Positions 12,831-25,146 of a stretch of 64,000 bases of DNA are shown here, piece by piece (position 1 is the first letter of the stretch; every line of letters begins with the position of its first letter). The notes below the pieces were generated by a model. That model was given only the letters and a program-made list of their open reading frames with translations. It made no database searches and was not told the origin of the DNA. The stretch lies in the NCBI GenBank assembly GCA_051294375.1, contig CM119267.1:13552015-13616014 (forward strand), read 5' to 3'. This stretch comes from Paraspadella gotoi. Its lineage: Eukaryota > Animalia > Chaetognatha. The position numbers and the translations under genes were made by a program.

Positions 12831-13594
12831 TATTATGTAGACTTTAAAATTTTAAAATAAAAAAAAAATTAATTTCACTATATATTCAATTTAATTATAT
12901 ATATATAAATATAAAGTATATTCTTTTATAATGCAATGGGGAGAGGGATGTTAGTGTTCTCTTCTGGAAATAGTGTAGATGTACATAATTATATTTCACT
13001 GGCAGAAATAGCATATGATCACAATAACATAAGATAAGAAAAACTGTGCTCCATATCCCTCTTGAATACTTATGGAAAACATAAAAAAAAAAAAAAAAAA
13101 TTAACAAATTAAAAAAAAAAAATTTTCAGACCATGCTCACAGAGAATTATAATTTTGATTAAAAAATAAATAAATCAAAAAAATAAAAACATAAGATTGT
13201 GATAAAATCGATTGGGAAAAATCTGATTTTTTTTCAAAATGCAAAATCATTTCACAAGTTCCTTATTTATAATTCTCAATGAGACATGTTTTTTTAGAAA
13301 ATTTCAATATTCAACTTTTTAATTAAATAAATTTTAAAATTTTAAAATATTTTTATACCTAAAGTTCTAAGAAGATGATTTTTCCAAAAAAGTTACTTAG
13401 ATATTTTTTAAAACGCCAAACAAGTCACAGCCACAAAATGAATAAAAAAAATAGAAAAAAGCAATATTGTTTTGTCATTCTGATTTAGAGATATTTGGTT
13501 GATTGTTATGCCTTAAATTTCCTTTAAATGAAAAAATAATATATTTAAAAGATAGTAGTAAATTGAGTTTGAATATAACTTTTTTACTGAACAA

Positions 13595-14000
13595 GTTTGT
13601 TATGATTCTTTCTTTTCGTTGTGTTTATAAATTAGGAAAAACAGTTTTTAAAGGTCAACAACGATTTTTATTATTAGATATAAGTCGGACAAGTTTCAAC
13701 TTTATTAAGAGTCTTCTTCAGCGATCTTTAACAATCAACAATTTTCTCTCTTTAACATTAGCTTTGAGAGTGAGAGAGAGAGAGAGGGAGGGAGATTCCA
13801 ACAAAGAATTTAGAAAGGACAGTGGTCAGATGTGAGGACAGGTGAAGGTAAGGACAGGGAAGAAGATAAGATAAGATTGGTGAAAAATTGATAGAGAGAG
13901 AGAGAAGCAACAGAGGCAGAGAAAATAATTACAACAGAATAATAAATGGAAAAAACTTAATACTAAACTAGTAATAACAAAAGAAATTAATAATTTAGTT
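13595..14000 (-). mobile_element. Penelope-pLTR-like hammerhead element, reverse orientation
   Basis: Reverse complements of the conserved block, hammerhead and ACAACGAAAAGAAAGAATCATAAC tail. Confidence 0.6.
13688..13721 (-). ncRNA. Degenerate hammerhead ribozyme
   Basis: Reverse complement TCG-CTGAAGA-A-GACTC...AAGTT-GAAACTTGTC-CGA. Confidence 0.55.
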
Positions 14001-14384
14001 AACTATTAAGAATTTCACATTTCATTCTTGAAAATTTTTGAGTTGAAACTTGAGTTTAACCCAGATGAATTACAATTACGATGGTTAGAAATTTTGTCAC
14101 CGTTTCAAGCTACTTTTAGCCTGATTTTTTACATATTTTGATTATCTTTGCGATCTTACTGATGAAAAAAAGTCATGGTAAAGAGAGCCTATGTTCGTTC
14201 GGAAAAGCCAAGAGAGACAAGCCACTTGATAATCCATTCTCTGCGTTGATATGCTAACCCTCACTACCCCTAATCCCTAACCACCCCTAACTCAATTGCT
14301 TACCGTTTAAAAAATATAACAAATATATATATATATTCTTTTATTTTGATGCATTATTTGTTTAAGGTACAAAATGAATTGTTT

Positions 14385-14610
14385 ATGTACAACGTGTTTT
14401 ATTAAGAAATATCAATTTCGGACATATTCCGGCTTCAATGTAAGCCTTCATAAGCGCAAAAACGAATTGATTTGTGAAACAAATATTTTCACAAAGTTTG
14501 AAGAGAGTCTGTAAAATATTTGTTTCATAAGTCAATTCATTTTTGCGCTGATGGAGGCTTACATTAAAGTCCGAAATTTATGTTTTTTAATAAAACTCGT
14601 TGTACATCAA
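14385..14610. repeat. Palindrome of two oppositely oriented decayed hammerheads (also 7715-7950 and 10790-10990)
   Basis: ~105-bp arms; GCG-CTGATGG-AGGCTT...GAAA on + and GCG-CTTATGA-AGGCTT/AAGCC-GGAATATGTC on -. Confidence 0.65.
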
Positions 14611-14639
14611 CAAACAATTGATTTTCTACCTCAAACATA

Positions 14640-15539
14640 AGGCATTCCTGGAGATCAATGCCCTCTGGAGGTCTATGGGAAAACGAAGAGTAAGGTTTTT
14701 CTTTAAAAGAATTAACGGAAAAAAGAAGAACGAAATGGAACGGAAGAGGATAACGTTTCGGGGGAAAAAAAAGGAATTCAGATATCATAATTTTTTTTTA
14801 ATATTTTTTTATTTTTGTTATATAAAATTGGTACAATCAATATATATTTAGGTAAAAATTAAGGTTAAAATAAATTATGGTTAAGAATAAATTAAGTGTA
14901 AGTTAACTAAAAAAATAAATTAAGGTTTAAAATAAGTTAGGGTTAGGGGTAAGTTAGGGGTAGAGGTAAGTTTAGATTAGGGGTAAGTTAAGGGTAAATT
15001 AAAGTTAAATTTAAAATTAAGTTTCGGCTTAAGTATACAATAATTTAACATTTCCAAAAAAAATATTTAAATATTAATAAATTTATAAAAAATATAATAA
15101 TAACATTTACAAAGTAACAGTTTTTATTTATGATTACAATGGTCATTTAATAATTCGGAGAGAGTGAGAGATATCAAGGTTAAAATTACCTCTCTCTCTA
15201 TCTCTGAAAGTTAGTATCCAAATATTTATTAAAACTATTAAAACTGGTTGATGAAGGTTCAAAAAACAAGAACCAAAACATATATATCCGAATTATTAAA
15301 TGATTGTTGTTATCACAAATAAAAATTTATTTTATAAAGGCAATAAAAAATATTATAATTAATTTTTTTAAAGAATTAAAAAAAAATCCTTAGCTCGTAA
15401 AGCTTAAAAACGTTTTTAATATCATTGTTGTTACGGTATTAAATTTTCTTTTCCATAAAGAAACAAACTTTATTTTTTCCTCTTCTTTCTCTTTGTTTTC
15501 CCATAAGCCTCCAGAGGGAATTCAACTCTGGGATCGCCC
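14640..15539. mobile_element. PIF/Harbinger-like MITE (truncated copy at 16050-17520 with a 640-bp insert)
   Basis: Imperfect ~45-bp TIR ending GGGATCGCCC, 3-bp ATA flanks; empty site visible in the related repeat at ~7680; carries a decayed hammerhead (15248; 17225). Confidence 0.6.
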
Positions 15540-18500
15540 ATAAAAATATCAATTAAAATAAACTTAAAACTATTATTTATTATAAAATAAAAAAATTTGT
15601 ATATTACTGTGCAAACTAAGACTCGACGCTAAAGCGAAAGGGAAAACAAAATTAAATGGATTAACAAAGCACCGACCGCTGGTATCTAAAGTTGGAAAAA
15701 AAAAGTCGAATAAGAATTTAAAGATTGTAAATAAAATTTTAAAACATTTAATTAAATTTATATTTATGATTAAAAAATATCCTACTCCCGAAAATATAGA
15801 CTGTTCCCAGACAAATATAAATCTTATGTTCTTTGATTTCCATTATCCTAAAGCGCCCTCTCAAAACATTTTCAGTTTCGCTTTCCCAGACAAAAGACAT
15901 TTAAGTACAGTTTTGTAAGTTTTAAGATAAAATTTTGCGGGTGTGTAAAAAAGTGTGTAATTGAGCTGGATATACAGCTTTGATGGAATCGTCCAAATAG
16001 AAATGAGTTAAAATAAAAAAAACCTTTTTAATTATTGGATTATGCTTTTTCTTAAGGAATTAACGGAAAAAAGAAGAACGAAATGGAACGGAAGAGGATA
16101 ACGTTTCGGGAAAAAAAATAAAGGAATTAAGATATCATAACTTATTTTTAATATTTTTTATTTTTATTATATAAAATTGGTACAACCATTATATATTTGG
16201 GTAAAAATTAAGGTTACAATAAATTATGGTAAAGAATAAATTAAGAATCTCTGAAAAGGTATCCTAACCGGAAGTAAAGTGACGAGAATGTGGGAAACTA
16301 ATATATTGACGGAAGGAAAATCTATACTGAGACAAAAATGAGGGTAAAAAAAGGGAGAGAGTCTAGTAGGAGAAGAGAGAAAGGTGAACTGAATCTCGTG
16401 AACGCGGCCCCGAATCCCTGGGAGGAGGATGAAGAGGAGGTGAATGAGAAGGAGGGGGTAATAGACCCGCGTCTGTCTATCACCTTATATACTGGGCCCC
16501 TCTCTTGGGTCAAGATGGCGTATCAGGCCTTGAATGGCGTGAGACGTCATCGTGCTGGTGCGTAGTGAGAGTGCCTAACCGTGCAGAGACCGTGAATGAG
16601 AGGAGGGGATAAAGAAGAGAATGGGTTTGGGTGTGGGGTACAGTTCATCATATAAAACAAATCAAATTGGGGGGGGTCACAGTCTTAATAGAAACAGGTG
16701 GGGTTGATGATGATATTTGAAGCAAGGTGATTAAAGTTTGTATTTGATTGTGGTGATAATTTGGCGATATAGTTGAGGGGGAGAACATAGAAAACAAGAT
16801 GATTGGGGCGGAGTGGTGATATATCATGGTGATTAACATTGGTGATTAGTTTCAGTTCATTTGTTAGATGATATTGATGATTATGTAAATGTAAGTTAAC
16901 TAGAAAAATAAATTAAGGTTAAAAATAAGTTAGGGGTAAGTTAGGGGTAAGTTTGGGTTAGGGGTAAGTTAAGGGTAAATTAAAGTTAAATTTAAAATTA
17001 AGTTTTGGCTTAAGTATACAATAATTTAACATTTCAAAAAATAATATTTAAATATTAATAAATTTATAAAAAATATAATAGTAATATTTACAAAGTAACA
17101 GAGTTTTTATTTATGATTACCATGGTCATTTAATAATTCGAAAAGAGTGAAAGATATCAAGGTTAAAATTGCCTCTCTATCCCAAAGTTAGTATCCAAAT
17201 ATTTATTAAAACTATTAAATCTGGTTGATGAAGGTTCAAAAAACAAAAAGCAAAACATATTCGAATTATTAAATGATCGTGGTTATCACAAATAAACTTA
17301 TATATCTATCAAAGGCAATGAAAAAAAATATTATAATTAAATTTTTTAAAGAATTAAAAAAAAATCCTTAGCTCGTGAAGCTTAAAAACGTTTTTAATAT
17401 CATTGTTGTTACGGTCTTAAATTTTCTTTTCCGTAAAGAAACGAACTTTATTTTTTCCTCTTCTTTTCGTTTTCCCATAACGCATAAGCCTCCAGAGCGA
17501 ATTAAACTCCGGGATCGCCCATTTTTCATATGTAAATGTAAGCTGTATTAAATAATTATTAATTAATTTATATATTTATTTGTTAATTAATATTTTTTTA
17601 TTTGTTTGTTAATGCAGAAATGAGTATAATAATAATTGGTTATTTTTTAAACTCGAATTTGGCCTAAGATATTGATGTGAAATGTCCTCTCTCTCTCTCT
17701 CTTTGTACACTTGACCAGTTATTATTATCTTTCCCTCGATTATGCTCTAAGGTCATTGTTTACTTAATTGACAAATATCTTCTGTAAACACTCTAGAATC
17801 CCGCTCATAACAAGTCGCTTACCAATTATTTCTAGATCTCTTCATTGATGAGCCCGACTTCCGAACACAACAGCAACAACACTTTCAGGCGATATGCCTC
17901 AATCTGGCGATACACTTTCCGCCAACAACACATCAGGCGACATGCCTCAACTTGGTAATGAACTTTCCACCAACAACAATTCACTGAAGAGACGTAACAG
18001 ACGGGACACGGTGCCACATGCCTCCAGGAAAATATCCTGACCCAGTAGCGGGTAATCTAATTTTAAAAGAAAGGTTCAATAGTAAGCGATCTGAAGGGCT
18101 TATACAGAGAAAAACAACATTCCAATCCAAACCTATCTTTTTCTATGGTTTACCTATCTTTGACGCCTTTTCGATGTAAACATTCTTTATTTATATTGAT
18201 ACAGTTCCTTATTAAATGTACATAATATAATTTGTAATATGAGATCATGAAGCTTTTTTATCCTTCTTTCAGAAAACCTTTTTGCGGTATTTAACATTTT
18301 TAAGCATTATTGGATGTAAATTTACTATTCATTTTGAGGAAAAAGACAAGTTTTTAATATAATTGGCTCGTTTAATTATAATTGATAATATAATTGGTTT
18401 TACTTATCTTTAATACATAACAAAGTTTTAGCATGAGCATGTCGTTGCGGTTTTTCTTAATCTTTAAAAATGGAGAGAAATGATTTTTTCATTGTATTTG

Positions 18501-19039
18501 TACAGTCCCAAATAATTATTTTTATATATAAGAAATTAATTACAAAATGATTAAAATTTGGCTTACCTTTAAGTTACTGGTTTAAATAGGTTTAATTTCT
18601 ACGCAAACGGTCAACTATTTTAATAGTTAGGACTATCATTTATTGATAATAGTGTATTGCGGTTTTATGCGGTTTTGAGTTTTAACAGAGAAATAAGCTT
18701 TACAAGGAAACGGGTCAAATCGTCCAAATTACTAAGAAATTAAATACAAAATGAGGAAAAAGTTAATTTTACTTTCAGTTACTCGTTTATTAATGTTTAA
18801 TCAAAGAGAACACTTATATTATTCTTAACAGTCAGGACTGTGATAAACTAATCCTTATGCTTTGCGGATTTATGTGGTTTTAAGTTTTGACAGAATAATA
18901 AGCTATATCAGGAGAGCAGTTAAATCTTTGAATTTACTAAGAAAATAACTACAGATAAAAATTTCAATTCAAATAACGATGAAGATAATCCAATTAAGTA
19001 ATGAGCTTTTATTAACAATCTATAATAGCAAAATTATAT

Positions 19040-19086
19040 ACAATGTTTGAAGAGAGACAAAGCAAATCTGACAAGAAAAAAAAATA

Positions 19087-19120
<34 letters not shown>

Positions 19121-19239
19121 AGAGAGAAAAAGCGAATCTGCCAAAAAAATAGAGAGAGAAAAAGATAGAAAGAGAGAGAGAGAGAGAAAAAAAAACAAAA
19201 AAACGAGAGAGAAAAAGCGAATTTGACAAGAAAAAAAAT

Positions 19240-19284
<45 letters not shown>

Positions 19285-20160
19285 AAAAAAGAAGAGAAAA
19301 AAAGCGAATCTGACAAAAAACAAAATATAGAGAGTGAAAGAGAGAGAGAGAGGAGAGAGAGAGAAGGAAAGAGAGAGAGAAAGAGAAAAAAAAATAAAGA
19401 GAGAGAGAGAGAAAGAAAAAAGTAAGAAAGAAAGAGAGAAAGATACAGAGAGAGAGAGAGAGAGAAAAAAAAGAGAAAAAAAAAATTTGACAAGAAAAAA
19501 AAATAAAGAAAAAGAAAGAAAGAAAGAAAGAAAGAAAAAAAGAATAAAAAGGAATGAGAGATAGAGGGAAAAAGAGATAAAGAAAAGATGAAAAAGAAGA
19601 GACAAAGAAGAGACAAATAATAACAACAAAATTATGTAATGTATTTATGAAACCGTAAGTTTATTTATTAATTTCTTAATTAAAATGTTATTTGCATATT
19701 GCAGTATTTTAATAATAAAAATCTTCAGACTATATATTATTGTTTAGTTAAAAAATAGAGAGAGAGAGAAAGAGAGTGAGAGAGAGAGAGAGAAAAAAAA
19801 GAAGAGAGAAAAAGCGAATCTGACAAAAAAAATATAGAGAGTGAAAGAGAGAAAGAGAGAAGAGAGAGAGAAAGAAAAAAAAATTTGAGAAAAAGAAAAA
19901 AAATAGAGAGAGAGAGAAAGAAAAAAGTAAGAAAGAAAGAGAGAAAGATACAGAGAGAGATAGAAAAAAAGAGAAAAAAAACGAATTTGACAAGAAAAAA
20001 AATAGAGAGAGAGAAAGAGAGAAAGAGAGAGAAAAAGAAAGAAAGAATAAAAAAGAGATAGAGGGAAAAAGAGATAAGGAAAAGAAGAAAAAGAAGAGAC
20101 AAATAATAACAACAAAATTATGAAATGTATTTATGAAACCGTAAGTTTATTTATTAATTT
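19040..20160. repeat. AG-rich low-complexity tandem duplication
   Basis: (AG)n/A runs punctuated by GCGAATCTGACAA; two blocks end in the same GAAACCGTAAGTTTATTTATTAATTTC. Confidence 0.85.
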
Positions 20161-20198
20161 CTGATGAAGACTCGAAAAATAAAGAGTCGAAACATGTC
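20161..20198 (+). ncRNA. Minimal hammerhead ribozyme core
   Basis: CTGATGAAGACTC...GAGTCGAAACATGTC. Confidence 0.75.
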
Positions 20199-20538
20199 CG
20201 TATATAAATAAAATCAATGAAAATATTTTTCAAAACTTTTAATTTTTTTTTTAGCTTCCATCAAGAAAGAACAAAAACCAAGATAATGAAATTATCAATA
20301 AAGATATATAATTTAAAGAATTGCTGAGTCAATAAATTTTGAGCAGAAATGAAGGTGGGTGGGCTGGGGGCATAAAGAAAGCCATTTTGCTGGTGGGTCC
20401 GGAGAAGAGCGGGAGTTTAACCTGGAGGTCTCTCTATACAAGCTTTCTCAGTGGAGGCGATTGGTGGGTCCGGAGAAGAGCGGGAGTTTAACCGGGAGGT
20501 CTCTATACAAGCTTTCTCAGTGCGGGAGGGGGGGATGC

Positions 20539-20745
20539 ATGGTGGACTAAAATCCACCAACCGTTCAGCGCGCCATTGGTGCCAGAGGCAAGTCATTCGC
20601 CTCCCAACCCAAAGGTCCAGGGTTCTAGCTCGGTGGTCGCAGTTAAGGGGCGGGGCGCTTAACCCGCCTGTAACACGGTGTTACAGCCTAATCAAGCTCA
20701 GGGACTGATTATATTGAATGGTTCGGTCACTAACAATAATAATTA
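20539..20745 (+). mobile_element. SINE family 2 copy with degenerate twister (20640-20707)
   Basis: Colinear with 21361-21570; retains the TCAGG half of P4 and a CAGT/ACTG P5. Confidence 0.7.
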
Positions 20746-20758
20746 CTGTTCTCTGTAT

Positions 20759-20845
20759 TGGTGAGCCCTTCTCGTGAACACACAACCTTTTCATTCTCAA
20801 CACCCACGGTGCGCTGCCCTTCTACCGACCAAGCGCCACGAGCTT
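20759..20845 (-). pseudogene. tRNA(Trp)-like decayed sequence ending GGGCTCACCA
   Basis: Reverse complement AGCTCGTGGCGC...GGTAG...GGGCTCACCA; acceptor halves pair and CCA is encoded. Confidence 0.4.
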
Positions 20846-21017
20846 CAATATCTACCCTTGCAACAGGCTCTTTCATCTACAAAGGATTAACACATATGCA
20901 GAATTTATCATAATTCGATGTTCTGAAATGATAATATGATTTACTAAAAGATTTATGGGTGGGACCGATGGACCGACAAAGTGGATTATAGAGTCAGAAT
21001 CTGCGATAAGCAGATCC

Positions 21018-21265
21018 TGTGGCAGTATATTCACACTGCCTCATGTCCATTATCGTTCATCCAATCTCATTGGCTCAGAGGGGGAACACACCATCCCAGG
21101 CATTGTTCCATCCTCAGTCCTAACGACTTCCCTCTGCGTTGGCAAAGCGAAACCATCCTAGTGTAACCGCGCCAGTGACTGGAGGCGTCACTGAGGAAGC
21201 CCCCAAAGCCCACAGTGAGTTGCCCCATCCCATTGGGCATGACAGGCAACCCGGCTGTTGCCATA
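21018..21265 (+). mobile_element. Solo LTR of the same family, with a twister motif deleted in loop L4
   Basis: TGTGGCA...TGCCATA, high similarity to 58101-58358; flanks ATCC/ATAC (4-bp TSD with one mismatch) inside a HINE terminus. Confidence 0.75.
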
Positions 21266-21360
21266 ATACAACTAAAAACTTGCTTGGATCAGAATTTTTT
21301 GACTTCACTACAAGAAAGTAAAAATATTATATTTTTCATTTTTTGTGCTTTAAAAATGGT

Positions 21361-21570
21361 ATGGTGGACTAAAATCCACCGTTCATCAGCGGCCATTGGT
21401 GCCAGAGGCAAGTCATTCGCCTCCCAACCCAAAGGTCCGGGGCTCTAGCCCGGTGGTCGCCTAGCAGTTAAGAGGGACGGGGCGCTTAACCCGCCTGTAA
21501 CATGGTGTTACAGCCTGATCCGAAGCTCATATTGAACGGTTCAGTCACTAACACATAACAATAATTACTT
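21361..21570 (+). mobile_element. tRNA(Gly)-like SINE family 2 with internal twister motif (21473-21529)
   Basis: 5' hairpin GGTGGA/TCCACC, A-box-like TGGTGCCAGAGG, CGCCTCCCAA anticodon arm, B-box-like motif. Twister AGG-GA-CG-G-GGCGCT-T^AA-CCC-GC-C-TGTAACA/TGTTACA-G-CCTGA-TCCGAA-GC-TCA. Confidence 0.7.
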
Positions 21571-23208
21571 TCTCTTCAATGGGTTATTTCTACTTTTTTT
21601 TACGGGGTGTCTAGGGAACAGTGGGCAATAGCCTGAATAAATACATGAAAATTTTTTTTCATGCTCCTAAGATATTATACTAATTAACAAATATAAAAGA
21701 AATATTCCTCTCAAATTTTTACACAATGAGTTTCAACCCAGGTCAGAGAAAGTAAAATTATGCCTTTTTTATATATTATTTAACCACATTAGTTTCGACG
21801 ACCTTTTCATTTTCCAAAAACTGAACCAGGCATTTACAAAATTAATAAAGTTAGGGCTAAAAAAGGTAAGGAAGTTAAAAAATGAAAGTGGTTTAGAGGT
21901 TAAGCGTCAAGGATATAAATACTATATTATAAATAGGGTTAGGGGTAAGTGTAGTTAAAGATCAAGTTTTCAAGAGTAGGTGTGGTTATGGGTTAAAAAA
22001 GAGGCGGCTGAGCAGTAGGTGAAAATAAATGTTCAACCATTATTTTGTAAAACAAATCGGGCGGATAAGCGGAAGAACCAGAGTTAGATACATGGGAGGA
22101 GAGAGAGAAGATACGGAAAAAAAGAAGGAAACAAGGTAATCGGAGAAAGTGAAGGGAATAATAGAGATTTAAAAACGAAAAGATTTTTAGGAATTTCTTT
22201 TCTTTGAGCTGAGATTCAATCATATTTAAATAAATAATAATAAATATAAAACAGTAAAAGAACTTATTTTCGAGTTTAATTTTTAGCAAGTGCAAAGTCT
22301 GGAGAGACATTATTGAAGGTACTTTTGTTTTACTTTTAGCCCGCATAAGCGAGCAGTTTGATCGAATGCGACCTCTCTAAACACTGTCAACATTCCCAGA
22401 CAAAAGACAAAGTGAAACTTGAATCAGACTGACAAAGTGAGGTAAAGACTAAAGTGAAGTAAAATGAAGTCAAGTAAAATAAAATAATAAAGTAAATATA
22501 TATTAAAAAAAAATTATTCTGATTGATATATTTAGAAAAAAAAATCCAAGAAAATCTCGGATGGCGATAATAAAAGTTTTTAGAGGGAAAAAAATAATCA
22601 GAGAGAGAGAGAGAGAGAGAGAGAAAGAAGCAAAATCGTTTTCAGCAGCAGAAGCACCCAGAAAAAAAGAAAGAAATCAAAAGTCAGCAGCAGCAGAAGA
22701 AGAAAAGAGAGAAAAAGAATACGCCCATTCAGAGCCAGCTGCAGAGAAAGAAATCAAAAGGCAGCAGCAGAAGCAGCAGGAGAAAAAAGAGAAAAAGAAT
22801 AAGCCCCTGCAGAGCCAGCTGCAGACTCGTTTTTTTCCCTTTCTGTATAATTTATACTATAAATCAGTGACTAGGGAAAAGAGAGAGGGAGAGAGAAAAG
22901 TAATTAAAAGAGAAAAGAGAGAGAGAAAGAAATAGAAAAATAAAAGAGAAAATTGGTTTGTTTTGATAAAACGTAAACAAAACATTTAATAACTGTCCAG
23001 ACTCAATTTTAAACACATCGATGATAAGAAGCTGTATATAAATTTTCAGCTTCATACACCCAAATTTAATCATAAAAAGGCGATCTATAATTTGGAACGC
23101 CGACAACGACGACGACTACGCCACTTATGCGCAAAAGTGTTACAATATCGTCGCAAACGCAAAGCGATTGCGACGATAAAAAAATGTTTTTTAAAATTGC
23201 AATATAAC

Positions 23209-23761
23209 TAGCGGTAGCCGACCAAATTCAAATTTTAATGGGAACAGCATTAAACTAATCCATTATTGGTATTAATTATTGTGTTAAAATATTTTTTTTG
23301 CAAAAATGTTCCGAACCATGAGTAATTTGCTGATTAATATTATTATATTGCTATATAATGTCAAAAAATTTTTTTTGATATTTTAAGTTTTTTTAATTGA
23401 TTCTGATAGAGCTTAAAAAGTTAAACAAAAAATATAATTACAACTTTTTAAAATTTTGATGTTTTATTATTAAAAATTAGTAAAAACTGCTAAAATCATC
23501 GGATGATGATGATGATTTTTTAAGGTTTTTCTCAATTTAAACCCACTTATCATCAAAATATTGAAAAAAGAATTATACTTTGTGTAAATTTTTTGACATT
23601 TCTTATCTATAAATAAATATTAAAAAAATAATTACTAATGCTTCTTGCCATTTTAGAAAATTTTGCTCCATTGAAAGTTTTTTCAGAAATGTATGAAGTT
23701 TCATTTGGAAAGGTTCCCAAATCAAACTTCTGACCCACCCCATTGACGAAGTTTGGCTCTA
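23209..23761 (-). mobile_element. 7-bp-TSD element copy
   Basis: TSD ATATAAC/ATATAAC. Confidence 0.8.
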
Positions 23762-24807
23762 ATATAACTAAGCATTGAATGAATAGTTACGGAATTACTT
23801 TTCATATTTAACTACGTAAAATTAAAATAATTCTGAATTCATTAAAAGTTCAGGACTCAATTATATTAAATTCTCGCCGATAGTTGTGTGCAAAATTTCA
23901 GCCTTTGCGAATGATTACTTTAATAGGTTCAATTGCCACACAGACATAGTAGAAAGAAGCACATTCAAAGCTTCATAATTGTCAAAAATATAAAAAAAAT
24001 GTATAACCACTCAGCAAAAGTAAAATTTTGCCCGAATTTAATCTTTTAATCAGTAATTATTTGAAGTGAGATTTTGACATGCAACTTTATGAGATTGCGA
24101 CGCACATCCTTCGTATAATGAGAGATTATCATCACGAAGACGACGGAAATTGACGATCGCCTAATAATAAGAATTTTAGTAAAAATTATATAGCCCATTA
24201 AAAATAAGAAGTTTTTTGATAAATTAATTTTCTATTCGTTATTCAAACTGAGTAGCTATACAAAAATTATTTTTCTTAGCTAGATAATCTAAAAAAATTT
24301 TACAAACTACAGAACGAAAGTAACACCCTGACCCCTGATTAAGCCTTTAGGCTAAGTTGTCAGTCGAGTTCATTTCTTTTACATCTAACATAAAAAACTG
24401 GCTTAATGCTTAAATTTATAACTCGTCTGAAATGAAAAAATGAATTAAACGACGTATGTATACCTTTTTATCAACAATAATTAACATTAACGTTTAATAG
24501 CAATCCCAAAGCCACACAACAAATTTTTTTGCAAATTAACCAAACTTTTTAAAGCGATTATGGATATTTATCATCAGTCTGTACTTTAAAGAAATGTTCA
24601 CGAGACGGCCTTGAAAGATGTGAAAACGAAACATTAGGATAAAAAACCAAAAAAAGTTAAAAATATAGTAATAACAAATTGTAATTAAAAAATCGTTGTA
24701 AACACAAAAATTTGTTTTTCCTAATACCAAAATACAACGAAAAGAAAGGAATATAACAAAGTCCAGTAACTACAAAGAAATTATTATTAAAAATCTTTGT
24801 GTATAGA

Positions 24808-24845
24808 CTGATGAAGACTCTAAAAATACAGAGTCGAAACATGTC
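24808..24845 (+). ncRNA. Minimal hammerhead ribozyme core
   Basis: CTGATGAAGACTC...GAGTCGAAACATGTC within a short partially tandem unit (24680-24910). Confidence 0.75.
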
Positions 24846-25146
24846 TGTCAAATTGTCACTAAAATTCGTTGTCAAAACAAATAAAAATTGTTTTTCTCCT
24901 AATATATTAAAAATCTTAAAAGTATAGTGATTTCGCCAGACGTTACTATCAAAGAAAATTAATAAAAAAATCCGGAAAAAAAAAGAATGATTAATACGAT
25001 AACTAATTATTGATATAATAGTAATTGATTGATGTAATAATAATTTATTGATGTAATATAATGCGGCGCAAAAAAAATAGCCACTAATTAGCATTATTAG
25101 CATACCACTTTTTTAAAAATTTTAATAATATATACATTATGTATTA

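Noticed and set aside
19012-20115. Long F/L/S-rich and K/R/E-rich ORFs
   Set aside because: Translations of AG microsatellite; the same applies to 22561-22935 and 53640-54291.
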